Below the pieces are notes generated by a model, which worked only from the letters and a program-made list of their open reading frames with translations, ran no database searches and was not told the DNA's origin. A stretch of DNA of 64,000 nucleotides from an uncultured Clostridia bacterium (GTDB lineage: Bacteria > Bacillota > Clostridia > Oscillospirales > CAG-272). The stretch is from the NCBI GenBank assembly GCA_944381115.1, contig CALWJV010000015.1, positions 139,894 to 203,893 on the forward strand. The letters are read 5' to 3'. Position 1 is the stretch's first letter; each line of letters begins with the position of its first letter. The translations under genes were made by a program, and so were the position numbers. Shown here piece after piece: positions 1-9,364 of this stretch.

Positions 1-131
1 TTCACATTTTGAATTTAAGCGGGCAGTTTTTAATATACGGAGATATACTGTACGATATTTTGATAAAATTTAGACTTTTGGGGTTTATAATTTTGCATTT
101 AAAAGCGGTTTTAATAATACCTGAGAAATAA

Positions 132-722
132 TTAAGAAAGGACTATATAAATGACATTTGAAGGATTTTTTTCAAAAAAATATTTTTTCAGTATAAAAAA
201 ATAATCAGGTCTTATTGCAAGTAGATTTAGTGAATACCATTTTACAGACAAAAACGGATCAGAACATAAAACAATTACCGGATGATCATATTCTGAAGCC
301 TCAGCACCTGCAAATCGCATAAAGAGAGGAGAAGGATCACTGAAAATTCTTTCAGATGACAGATAAACGGTTATTTTGTTTGCGTCTTTGAGCCAAACGG
401 TAACGGTTTTTTTCCATAGGAAATATTTTACAACACATGTAACTGCGAAAAAAGCCGCAAAAGAAATAAAAACGGGTAAAAGCAGAAGAATAAAAGAGGC
501 AAAAAGCAGTAACAGTGCACTTTTTTCAAGTAGCGAAATTGTAATGGCAGTTGTTCGGATAATAACCGAAATAAGAGTATATTTACGAATTTTTTTGTAA
601 ATAGCCAAAATAGATGTGAAAAGGTCACCTTTTTTTATTTTACTGAAGATGTAACCAAGATAACTTTTTGAAGAAAAGTAATCATTTGTTTTTTTTAGAT
701 TCAATTTTTTCTCCTTTCGCAT
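132..722 (-). CDS. hypothetical membrane protein
   Basis: 196-aa ORF from the track. It has a long hydrophobic block, LLLLFASFILLLLPVFISFAAFFAVTCVV. No family motif recognised. Confidence 0.45.
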   Translation of the reverse strand: MRKEKKLNLKKTNDYFSSKSYLGYIFSKIKKGDLFTSILAIYKKIRKYTLISVIIRTTAITISLLEKSALLLLFASFILLLLPVFISFAAFFAVTCVVKYFLWKKTVTVWLKDANKITVYLSSERIFSDPSPLFMRFAGAEASEYDHPVIVLCSDPFLSVKWYSLNLLAIRPDYFFILKKYFFEKNPSNVIYIVLS

Positions 723-802
723 ATGGTTTTAAAGCAATAAATTGTAAAAATCACAAAAGCGGGGTGAAATTATGGACAAGTTATTAAATTACGGCTTTAT
801 TA

Positions 803-831
803 TTGACAAAATGAGGAAAAAGGTATAAAAT
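803..831 (+). promoter_or_regulatory. sigma-A type promoter (TTGACA-17-TAAAAT)
   Basis: TTGACA at 803-808, 17-nt spacer, TAAAAT at 826-831. It lies about 48 nt upstream of the topoisomerase ORF. Confidence 0.45.
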
Positions 832-878
832 TAAATAATGTAATGTATAATCCATTAAAATAGGAAGGTTGGGTTTAA

Positions 879-2927
879 ATGCAGAAAACAGAATTAACGG
901 AATACGGCGACAACAGTATAAGCAGCCTCCGGGGAGCGGCCAGAGTACGTGAAAAACCTGAAGTAATATTCGGTTCACGTGACCTTGAGGGCTGTATACA
1001 CGCTTTTTTTGAAATACTTTCAAACTCTGTTGACGAAGCGAGAGCCGGATTCGGAACAAATATAAATGTAACGGCATTCAACGACCGTTCCATAATGGTA
1101 GAAGATTTCGGCAGGGGAGTTCCGCTAGGCTATAATGAAAAAGAGGGTAGATATAACTGGGATCTTATATTTTGCGAGATGTATGCAGGAGGTAAATATA
1201 AACACGCAAAGGATGGCTCATCCTATGAATACTCTCTCGGAACAAATGGACTTGGTGCCTGTGCGACGCAATATGCCTCTGAATTTATGAAGGTCATTTC
1301 ATATAACGGAAAAACAAAATCAGAAATAGACTTTGAACGTGGAGAGCCTGTTTCAGAACTTAGAGTTACTGAACTTAAAAAGAGTGAAATAAGAACCGGA
1401 ACGGTTATACATTGGAAACCGGATAACACAATATTTACTTCCATTAAAATAAAAAAAGAGCGATTTTCAGATATTTTAAAAAGGCAGGCTGTTGTAAACA
1501 GCGGAATAAAATTTACTTTTAAGTGGCAAGAAGAAGATGGAAATTTTACTGTCGAGGAATATCTTTACAATGATGGTATTACCGATTATGTAAAGGAATT
1601 AGCCAAAAATAAAAGTCTGACAGCGCCTGTATATTGGGAAGAGACTGTTTCCGGAGTAATAAACAACGGAAATGACGGAGACGGAGAGGAAGATGATGAC
1701 GGAATACCAGTCGGGGAGTCATCAAACTATAAACTCAAAATGTCAGTTGCGTTTTGCGTAACAGCGGTTGAAAATCATATAGAGTATTACCACAATTCAA
1801 GTTATCTTGAGCATGGAGGTTCTCCGGATAAAGCGGTCCAGACAGCATTTGTTTACGCACTGGATAAGTATTGCCGGGATAACGGAAAATATGCAAAAAA
1901 CGAGTCAAAACTTACTGTACGGGATGTTTTGGACTCGCTTATACTTGTAACGAACTGTTTTTCAAATATAATTTCTTATGAAAACCAAACAAAAAAAGCA
2001 ATATCAAATAAATTCATAAGAGATGAAATGACAGCATTTTTCAAAAAAAATCTGGAAATTTATTTTACGGAAAATCCAATAGAGGCAGAAAAATTTGTAA
2101 ACCAAGTTTTGATAAATAAAAGGAGCCGTGAAAAAGCCGAAAGCGAAAGAATAAATATAAAGAAGAAACTTACCGGGACGATAGATATTTCAAACAGAGT
2201 TGAAAAATTTGTTGGATGCCGATCAAAAGATCCTGATAAGCGAGAACTTTATATTGTTGAGGGAGACTCAGCAATGTCGTCATGCAAGCAGGCGAGAAAC
2301 GGAGAATTTCAGGCAATAATTCCCGTAAGAGGTAAAACTTTAAATTGCCTGAAAAGTTCGTATGATAAAATTTTTTCAAGTGAGATAATAACGGATTTGA
2401 TAAGAGTAATAGGCTGTGGAGTGGAGGTGGATAAAAAGATAAAGGGTGACATTCCGAAATTTAATCCGGGAATGCTAAAATGGAATAAGATAATAATATG
2501 TACAGATGCAGATGAAGACGGTTTTCAGATAAGGACACTTATACTTACAATGATATACAGACTTCTCCCTTCGCTTATTACAATGGGCAAAATATTTATA
2601 GCCGAATCTCCGCTTTTTGAAATAACTACGAAACCGGACGGAAAGATATATTTTGCCTATGATGAAAGGGAAAAAATAAAAATATTAAAAGATATTGGTG
2701 AAAAAAAATATACGCTTCAACGTTCAAAAGGACTCGGTGAAAACGAAGCGGACATGATGAAATTGACAACTATGGATCCGGCGACTCGGCGTCTAATAAA
2801 AATAACAGAGGCAGACGCTGAAGAAACTGCGGAAATATTTGATACTCTTCTTGGTGATAATTTGACGGCGCGTAAGATTTATATTGCAAACAACGGAAGC
2901 AAATATATTGCTGATGCTGACATCTGA
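879..2927 (+). CDS. type IIA DNA topoisomerase B subunit (GyrB/ParE family, divergent)
   Basis: GHKL ATPase boxes are present: EILSNSVDEA, DFGRGVP, GTNGLGA. Toprim motifs are present: LYIVEGDSA, PVRGKTLN, ICTDADEDG. The C-terminal KGLGEN...TTMDPATR is also present. Confidence 0.85.
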   Translation: MQKTELTEYGDNSISSLRGAARVREKPEVIFGSRDLEGCIHAFFEILSNSVDEARAGFGTNINVTAFNDRSIMVEDFGRGVPLGYNEKEGRYNWDLIFCEMYAGGKYKHAKDGSSYEYSLGTNGLGACATQYASEFMKVISYNGKTKSEIDFERGEPVSELRVTELKKSEIRTGTVIHWKPDNTIFTSIKIKKERFSDILKRQAVVNSGIKFTFKWQEEDGNFTVEEYLYNDGITDYVKELAKNKSLTAPVYWEETVSGVINNGNDGDGEEDDDGIPVGESSNYKLKMSVAFCVTAVENHIEYYHNSSYLEHGGSPDKAVQTAFVYALDKYCRDNGKYAKNESKLTVRDVLDSLILVTNCFSNIISYENQTKKAISNKFIRDEMTAFFKKNLEIYFTENPIEAEKFVNQVLINKRSREKAESERINIKKKLTGTIDISNRVEKFVGCRSKDPDKRELYIVEGDSAMSSCKQARNGEFQAIIPVRGKTLNCLKSSYDKIFSSEIITDLIRVIGCGVEVDKKIKGDIPKFNPGMLKWNKIIICTDADEDGFQIRTLILTMIYRLLPSLITMGKIFIAESPLFEITTKPDGKIYFAYDEREKIKILKDIGEKKYTLQRSKGLGENEADMMKLTTMDPATRRLIKITEADAEETAEIFDTLLGDNLTARKIYIANNGSKYIADADI

Positions 2928-3016
2928 TTAAATTCAACATAATATGAATTTTACGTACAACCCGTATTAAGTTAAATGAAGTATCATGTGAAATATTGAT
3001 GTTTAATTAAATAATA

Positions 3017-3060
3017 AAAAGGACTGAATGCAGATTTAATGCATGACTCAGTCCTTTTGT
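3017..3060 (+). terminator. rho-independent terminator
   Basis: Stem GGACTGA(ATGCA)...(TGCAT)GACTCAGTCC followed by TTTTGT, about 90 nt after the topoisomerase stop. Confidence 0.6.
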
Positions 3061-3445
3061 CTTATAAAAATTAACAATATATAAATTCAAAATTTTCTGA
3101 AATATATTTGAACCAATAATTTTTTCAATAAGTTCAGATTAAGAAATCTAATATAATATTTATCAATAAAACATTTATATAACTTTATTTGCTTAAAATA
3201 ACGCATAAATAGTTAATTATTGATATATTTTGTTTTTAATCAATAACGGATATAAAAATATATAATATAAATTGGATACTTTTACATGTAAACATAAAAA
3301 ATAAAGTGTATTTTTTTATGTTAATTAATAAAAATATAATTGATTTTATATTTAAAATATGTTATAATTATATTAAGTTTAATTTTTTTATTTATTATAT
3401 GGCTAATAAAATATATAGCTTATAAAAAATAAATATGGGTATTAT

Positions 3446-5575
3446 ATGAAAAAGAAAAACAAAAAAATTTTAATGAAAAAAAAATACCGTAAATATAGTA
3501 ATAAAAAAGCGGAAAAACTCAAAGTAAAAAAAAGTTTCGGCTCATTGAAGCATGAAAAAAAGAGTCAAGGTATAAAAAAAGGTGCGGAAATGAAGGGGCG
3601 ATTTTTTGCCACGTTTTCCGGCGGGATATTTTTTGAATTTAAATCAGACGGTAAACTTTATGATGAAAAATATTATATCGACGCAGAAGATACTCTCGGC
3701 GCTATGAACGGAGATACAGTTACGGTTTGCACAGTCGGACGCAGAAACGATGTCGTTGTTACAGATATAGAGGAAAGAGCAGTAAAAAAGGTAATAGGAA
3801 CTATATATTCAGATGAACACAGCGGACAAATGTACCTTGATCCCGAGGACTCAAAGATAAAATTTAATTTTATTGTAAAGGAAGCGGAATGTGAAGAAAA
3901 AGCAAATGACGGCGATAAAGCAGAGATCAGAATAAGCGTCTACCCGACAGATATAACTGAAGAAGGAGAAGGAGTTCTCACAGCGGTTTTCGGAGACAGT
4001 TGTACGAGAGAAGCAAATTACAGTGCGATTCTCAGCTCTTCCGAAATAATAACATCTTTTGGAAAAAACGCAAGCGAAGAAGCTGCATCGCATGAACACG
4101 ATGTACTTAATCCGGAAGGAAGAGAGGATTTACGTTCTGACAACGTATTTACAATAGACGGAGCAGGAGCGAAGGATCTTGATGACGCCATCTCAATAAA
4201 AAAAGAAGGAGATAATTACATTCTCGGAGTTCATATAGCAGATGTTTCGAATTATGTAAAAGAGGGTACCGAACTTGACAATGAGGCAATGCAACGCGGA
4301 ACAAGTGTATATTTTGCGGATAAAGTAGTGCCAATGCTTCCTGTGACACTTTCAAACGGAATATGCTCTCTTAACGCCGGAGTGGATCGTTATACCCTTT
4401 CCGCATTAATTACTCTTGATAAATTTGCTGAGATAAAGGGCGTTACACTTAAAAAGAGCATAATAAACTCAAAAGTAAGGGGAGTATATTCAGAAATAAA
4501 TGAGATTATCGATGGAACAGCAAATGAAGAATTAAAGAAGAAATATTCAAGTATTCTTGACGGTACATTGGATACAATGTTGGAACTTTATGAACAATTA
4601 AAGCTAAAATTCCAAAAAAGAGGAGCGCTTGAACTTGAAACAGAGGAAGCAGAAATAATTCTCGGTCCGGATGGTAATCCTGTAGACATAATAAGAAGGG
4701 ATCGTGGGATCGGTGAAAAATTGATAGAGCAATTCATGCTTTGCGCAAATGAAGCGGTAGCAATTTTTCTTACTGAGAGAAACTTACCGTGTGTATACCG
4801 TGTTCATGAAAAGCCCGAAATGGATAAAGTTTCCGAATTTATTAATTTTGCTTATAACCTCGGAATAAAAACTGATTATATAAATAAGGACAATATATCT
4901 GCAGAATATTTGGGTAAAATATTAAAAAGAGCCGGCGAAAAAGAAGGACTTATGCTCCCTGTTTCTTATATGTTGCTCAGGACGATGAAAAAAGCATTTT
5001 ACAGCAATATAAACATGGGACATTTCGGACTATCAAGCAAATGTTATTGCCATTTTACCTCTCCTATAAGACGTTACCCGGACCTTGCTGTACACCGCAT
5101 AATAAGTGCTGTGATTTCAGGTAACGAAACAGAAAATGTAAAAAAGAAATACTCCGCATTTGCGGATAAAGCAGCAAAAAAATCGTCAGAATGTGAGATA
5201 AAAGCACTTAATGCCGAAAGAGAAATTTCCGCTCTTTACAAAACTATTTATATGAGTGGACATATCGAGGAGGAGTACTGCGGAGTAATAAGTTCGGTAA
5301 CATCATTCGGGATGTTCTGCATACTTGAAAATACCTGTGAAGGACTTATTCCGATTAATTCATTGAAAAATAAGTATTTTTACAATTCCGAATCGATGAC
5401 ACTTACCGCAGCAGGCGGTATTAAATATAAAATAGGAGATAAGGTAAAGATAAAAGTAAAAAATGCCGTGATTTCGCTCAGACAGGTAGATTTTGAACTT
5501 TTGGATGAACCGGACTGTTTTTCAGAAAAAACGCAGCGGTATATTTTAAGACGCAGTGGTAAAAGGATCAGGTAA
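3446..5575 (+). CDS. rnr: ribonuclease R (RNB family 3'-5' exoribonuclease)
   Basis: RNB motifs DGAGAKDLDDAISI and HFGLSSKCYCHFTSPIRRYPDL, plus a C-terminal S1-like segment (YCGVISSVTSFGMFCIL). The first 48 codons are Lys-rich. An alternative start at ATG 3590 has a better SD (AAAGGTG). Confidence 0.9.
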   Translation: MKKKNKKILMKKKYRKYSNKKAEKLKVKKSFGSLKHEKKSQGIKKGAEMKGRFFATFSGGIFFEFKSDGKLYDEKYYIDAEDTLGAMNGDTVTVCTVGRRNDVVVTDIEERAVKKVIGTIYSDEHSGQMYLDPEDSKIKFNFIVKEAECEEKANDGDKAEIRISVYPTDITEEGEGVLTAVFGDSCTREANYSAILSSSEIITSFGKNASEEAASHEHDVLNPEGREDLRSDNVFTIDGAGAKDLDDAISIKKEGDNYILGVHIADVSNYVKEGTELDNEAMQRGTSVYFADKVVPMLPVTLSNGICSLNAGVDRYTLSALITLDKFAEIKGVTLKKSIINSKVRGVYSEINEIIDGTANEELKKKYSSILDGTLDTMLELYEQLKLKFQKRGALELETEEAEIILGPDGNPVDIIRRDRGIGEKLIEQFMLCANEAVAIFLTERNLPCVYRVHEKPEMDKVSEFINFAYNLGIKTDYINKDNISAEYLGKILKRAGEKEGLMLPVSYMLLRTMKKAFYSNINMGHFGLSSKCYCHFTSPIRRYPDLAVHRIISAVISGNETENVKKKYSAFADKAAKKSSECEIKALNAEREISALYKTIYMSGHIEEEYCGVISSVTSFGMFCILENTCEGLIPINSLKNKYFYNSESMTLTAAGGIKYKIGDKVKIKVKNAVISLRQVDFELLDEPDCFSEKTQRYILRRSGKRIR

Positions 5576-5741
5576 TTATATCGTTTCTCCAAGATAATGA
5601 GTCAAACGCATATCCTGAAGCGCCGAGTTTTTTACGGCTTTGTCCGGTCGGAGTAAGAAATTTATAAATACTCATAACACCGAGCATTACAGTGGCACAT
5701 ACCAGAGTCATGCAAATTATTGATAAAAAATCTCTTTTCAT
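5568..5741 (-). CDS. small (57 aa) predicted membrane/secreted peptide, not in the ORF track
   Basis: My own translation gives MKRDFLSIICMTLVCATVMLGVMSIYKFLTPTGQSRKKLGASGYAFDSLSWRNDIIT. An AGGAAAGGA SD lies 5 nt upstream of the ATG at 5741. There is one hydrophobic helix. The ORF overlaps the rnr stop by 8 nt. Confidence 0.35.
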   Translation of the reverse strand: MKRDFLSIICMTLVCATVMLGVMSIYKFLTPTGQSRKKLGASGYAFDSLSWRNDIIT

Positions 5742-5915
5742 ATTATTTCCTTTCCTGATAGATTTTTAAAAAAGATTTTGGCTTTATTAAAGTCTTGATA
5801 TAAGTATTTCCAAACGCGATCGAGTTATAACATAATATAACGATATTTAACAAAATAATTTACAAAAAAAGTATTGAAAAGAAACGGCCGAGTTTGCGGC
5901 GGAAACGAGAAATTT

Positions 5916-6437
5916 ATGGCAATAAAACCCGTAAAAGTAAAAATTGTAACAATGACCAATTACCTAATTAATAAAAATGATAATCTTGATTACACCGATA
6001 ATGTGAATTTTGACGATGAAATTTTTTCATATGAAACTGAAATGACCGATGATGAAAAACCGATTGTATTTGAAACTGAAGGAATAATGGTGTCGCAAAA
6101 AGGATTGATCAAAGTAATATATGACGAATCAGGAATTATCGGAGTAAATAATGCAGAGACGGTTTTCGCATTTAACGAAGATACCCCTACAACAGTTTCT
6201 ATGTTTAAAAACGGAAGTTTAAGCGCGGCACTGGTATTTGACTCAGAAAAAAAACGGCAGGTTTGTCTTTATAATAACGGACCTTTTTTATTTGAGATCA
6301 CAGTGAGGACCGATATTCTCGTAAATGAGATAACATATGATCACGGCGGTAAGATGAGTGCAGAGTATACGATTGAAATAAAAGGGATACCGACTGAGTA
6401 TAACCGAATTTCAGTAAAAATAACCCCAATAGATTAA
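5916..6437 (+). CDS. DUF1934 (YwiB-like beta-barrel) family protein, putative
   Basis: The pattern VKVKIVT...FETEGIM...VIYDES...VSMFKNGSLS...EYTIEIKG...ISVKI resembles YwiB/DUF1934 from memory. The internal ATG at 5916 is preferred over the TTG at 5874. Confidence 0.5.
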   Translation: MAIKPVKVKIVTMTNYLINKNDNLDYTDNVNFDDEIFSYETEMTDDEKPIVFETEGIMVSQKGLIKVIYDESGIIGVNNAETVFAFNEDTPTTVSMFKNGSLSAALVFDSEKKRQVCLYNNGPFLFEITVRTDILVNEITYDHGGKMSAEYTIEIKGIPTEYNRISVKITPID

Positions 6438-6508
6438 ATTGCAAAAATTTGTTAAACAGTGTACGGGGCAAGAAAAAATATATAAAAAGCGGCAGAAAGG
6501 AGGACTCA

Positions 6509-7558
6509 ATGAAACGAATACTAAATACTATGGAATTTAGAGATAAACTTAAAAGCGGATTATCGGGCGGATATATTTTTTTTGGTGAAGAGGAGTATTT
6601 AAAGCATTGTTACATAAAAGAAGTAAGAAAAAGCATTCTTGGGGAAGAGGATAACAGCGTATTTCGTCACAGGCGCGTGAGCGCTCTTGAATTTAACTCA
6701 GGTAAAATAAATGAGATTTTGATAACAAGTTCACTCGGTTTTTTTTCCGAGGGAAAAACGCTGTGTGAAATACATGAACTTGATTTTAAGGAGCGAACCG
6801 AGTCCGAAATTAAAGCGCTTTGCAATACGTTTTCAAACGCTGATCCAAACATAGTTTATATAATTTATACTACTCCGTATGAGTTTGATCCAGGTATTCT
6901 GCCGAAGTCGCCTTCAAAACTTTTACAACGGCTTTCAGAATATCTTACTCCGGTTAATTTTCAGAAAGAAAGCGACATAAAACTTGTAAAATGGGCGGCA
7001 AGACATTTTGCGGCGGAGAAACTTTCATATGAAAACGGAGTTTGTGAACTGCTGGTGGACCGTTCCGGAAGAGATATGTTTGTACTTTTAAATGAGATAG
7101 AAAAACTTTCTGCTTACGTTAAATTTTACGGAGAAGGGATTGTAAAAAAAGAACATGTAGAAACAGTTTCGAGCAGTAATCTTGAAATAAACGCATTTGA
7201 TTTTTCAAATGCAATAATTGGAGCGGACGCAGACAAAGCATGTCTGATCCTTTCGGATATGGAAAGAAGAAAGGAAAAGCCTATTAATATATTCGGAGCG
7301 GTTTCAAAGGTTATATCTGATCTTTATTCGGTCAAGATTCTTGTGGACAGCGGTGCAAATGATAAAGAGATAGCCGGGAAACTTAAAATTCACGAATATA
7401 AGGTGGGCATTTATAGAAAAAGCGCTGTAAAAAGAAGCCGTGAAAGATTAAAAAAACTTTTATCTCTTTGTGCACAGACAGATATTAAAATGAAAAGCAC
7501 ATCGCTCGGTGATTATACGGCTCTTGATAAACTTGTAATAATGGCATCTGTAAAATAA
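6509..7558 (+). CDS. holA: DNA polymerase III delta subunit
   Basis: AAAGGAGG SD before ATG 6509. The N-terminus ...GGYIFFGEEEYLK... is typical of HolA, and the size is about 349 aa. Confidence 0.75.
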   Translation: MKRILNTMEFRDKLKSGLSGGYIFFGEEEYLKHCYIKEVRKSILGEEDNSVFRHRRVSALEFNSGKINEILITSSLGFFSEGKTLCEIHELDFKERTESEIKALCNTFSNADPNIVYIIYTTPYEFDPGILPKSPSKLLQRLSEYLTPVNFQKESDIKLVKWAARHFAAEKLSYENGVCELLVDRSGRDMFVLLNEIEKLSAYVKFYGEGIVKKEHVETVSSSNLEINAFDFSNAIIGADADKACLILSDMERRKEKPINIFGAVSKVISDLYSVKILVDSGANDKEIAGKLKIHEYKVGIYRKSAVKRSRERLKKLLSLCAQTDIKMKSTSLGDYTALDKLVIMASVK

Positions 7559-7608
7559 CAAGAATATAGAAATTTTATAGCCGTAAAGGAAATAAAACGG
7601 AGACAAAA

Positions 7609-8364
7609 ATGAAACAATTTAAATTTAAATTCACAGTTGCGTCAAGTATTTTTTTTATAATGAGAAATGTCAAAAAGGCGAGGAAATATATTGCCGATAC
7701 CGAAAATTATTCTGATATTGACAGGTATAATTTTGCATGTAAAATCATCGAACATATGAGAAAAAGAAGCCGAACAACTACACTTGTTTTCGGAAAGAAA
7801 AATCTTCCGGAAAACGGCGGGTATATACTTTATTCAAATCATCAGGGGAAATATGATGCACTGGGAATACTTTTAAATCATCCCGGACCGTGCAGAGTTT
7901 TGTGGGAAAGAAAAGCTGCGAGTAAATATCTTGCAAAGGAATGTTGCGGTCTTGTTGGTGGACAAACTATTGATTTTGAGGATATAAAAGACTCAATACT
8001 GGTACTTAAGAAGATAGCTGAAGATGTACAGGAAGGCAAGAGGTATCTTATATTTCCGGAAGGCCGGTATGAGGGAAATAAAAATGAGATGCTGGATTTC
8101 AGGACGGGGTGTTTTTATTGTTCGCTTAAATCAAAGGCACCTATAATTCCGGTTGCAATTTATGATTCTTACAAAGCAATGGATATAAATAATATATTTA
8201 AAAAGGCAATAACCGAGGTTCATTACCTTTCACCTATATATTTTGAGGAATACGGAAAATTTTCAAAATCCGAAATTGCGGACCTTGTAAAGACAAGGAT
8301 AGCAGAAAAGATGAAGGAAATAAAATCAAGGCGTGAACCGTTACGTATTGAAAGCGGAAAGTAA
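7609..8364 (+). CDS. lysophospholipid (1-acyl-sn-glycerol-3-phosphate) acyltransferase family protein
   Basis: HX4D box (NHQGKYD) and FPEGRY box, as in PlsC-type acyltransferases. Confidence 0.75.
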   Translation: MKQFKFKFTVASSIFFIMRNVKKARKYIADTENYSDIDRYNFACKIIEHMRKRSRTTTLVFGKKNLPENGGYILYSNHQGKYDALGILLNHPGPCRVLWERKAASKYLAKECCGLVGGQTIDFEDIKDSILVLKKIAEDVQEGKRYLIFPEGRYEGNKNEMLDFRTGCFYCSLKSKAPIIPVAIYDSYKAMDINNIFKKAITEVHYLSPIYFEEYGKFSKSEIADLVKTRIAEKMKEIKSRREPLRIESGK

Positions 8365-8373
8365 AATCAAAAT

Positions 8374-8402
8374 AAAAAGGACTGAGTACTCAGTCCTTTT
8401 TA
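8374..8402. terminator. bidirectional rho-independent terminator
   Basis: Perfect hairpin AAAAAGGACTGAGT/ACTCAGTCCTTTTT with an A-run and a T-run, between convergent genes. Confidence 0.65.
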
Positions 8403-8456
8403 TTTATCCGGGAGAATAATATCAGATGATTATCGTGTGTTTGAGCTTTTTAAAAT

Positions 8457-8879
8457 TTACGTGTGTTGATCAACTGAAGTTTCTTTTTGAAAATTGTTTT
8501 CCGGTGTTTTTCCTTTTTGGATTACCGTTTCTTTTATTGCTTTTTGCTGTTTTAGAGTTATTTGTCCGTCGTCAAAGAGCCCGATTACATTATCAACCGG
8601 AAGAGAGAAAGCGATTCCCTGACCGGCTGTTTTAAGTCCGACCGCTTTATAAAGTGCATGGAGAATGTCATCTCTTATTATTTTTGGCACAAGAATCAAT
8701 ACAAGTTCTTTTTCCGGCTGGATCAAAATCTGAAAAAATTTTTCTGCTTCTTTGTTAGCGGTACCTCTGGCATGGATTACAGTGCCGCCTTTTGCTCCGA
8801 ATTCCTTAGCAGCATCCATTACGGTATCACTGAATCCTGCATTTACAATACATATGATAAGTTCATGAGAGTATTCCAT
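8457..8879 (-). CDS. P-II-like (GlnB-fold) signal transduction protein
   Basis: Ferredoxin-like beta-alpha-beta pattern: ELIICIVNAGFSDTVMDAAKEFGAKGGTVIHARGT...LVLILVPK...GQGIAFSLPV. There is a C-terminal extension of about 35 aa. Confidence 0.6.
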   Translation of the reverse strand: MEYSHELIICIVNAGFSDTVMDAAKEFGAKGGTVIHARGTANKEAEKFFQILIQPEKELVLILVPKIIRDDILHALYKAVGLKTAGQGIAFSLPVDNVIGLFDDGQITLKQQKAIKETVIQKGKTPENNFQKETSVDQHT

Positions 8880-8894
8880 AATTTCAATCCTTTC

Positions 8895-9326
8895 TTATTT
8901 ATTTTCAAGAGTCATCCTATTATTACTCAGAAATTGGTAAATGGCGACACCGACGGTACCGGTCAATGGAACTGTATATGCAATTCCTTTGCCGTTTTTT
9001 ATGGTACTAAATTTTTTTTCTAAGACCGATAATGCTTCGTTAACCTTATTTTCCTGTATAACGCTTAATATAACAGCCTTATCAGAATCTGAAAGTCCGA
9101 GAACTCGAAGAGTTTCAGTATTTGCCGTACCGTTACCGTATACATAAAGTTGCATATTAACATCAAAGTTTTGAAGCAGGTCGATATAGAATTCCGCCTT
9201 GCTCCTATTAACTATGGTAAATAAAAGTTTTAATTTTTGAGGAGCGGTTTTTGGAATACTTCGGGAATTTTTCGGTAAAGTTTTTTTATCAGTTGCTTTT
9301 CGCAAAATTTTTTTATTTTCATTCAT
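8895..9326 (-). CDS. P-II-like protein, second paralogue with a basic N-terminal tail
   Basis: Core LLFTIVNRSKAEFYIDLLQNF...YVYGNGTA...AVILSVIQ...GKGIAYTVPL. It is preceded by about 35 Lys/Arg/Pro-rich residues. Confidence 0.5.
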   Translation of the reverse strand: MNENKKILRKATDKKTLPKNSRSIPKTAPQKLKLLFTIVNRSKAEFYIDLLQNFDVNMQLYVYGNGTANTETLRVLGLSDSDKAVILSVIQENKVNEALSVLEKKFSTIKNGKGIAYTVPLTGTVGVAIYQFLSNNRMTLENK

Positions 9327-9364
9327 ATATATTTTTCCTCTTAAAAATAACGAATATCTGAATA

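Noticed and set aside
2928-3445. Possible replication origin in the AT-rich spacer next to a GyrB-like gene
   Set aside because: I found no TTATCCACA-type DnaA boxes (only a poor TTATCAATA), no dnaA/dnaN nearby, and no repeated 13-mer pattern. It is most simply a long AT-rich promoter or leader region.
8426-9147. Plus-strand ORFs of 69, 153 and 68 aa
   Set aside because: They are antisense to the two P-II-like genes. The minus-strand products show the GlnB-like fold pattern and form an operon with the DUF1538 gene.
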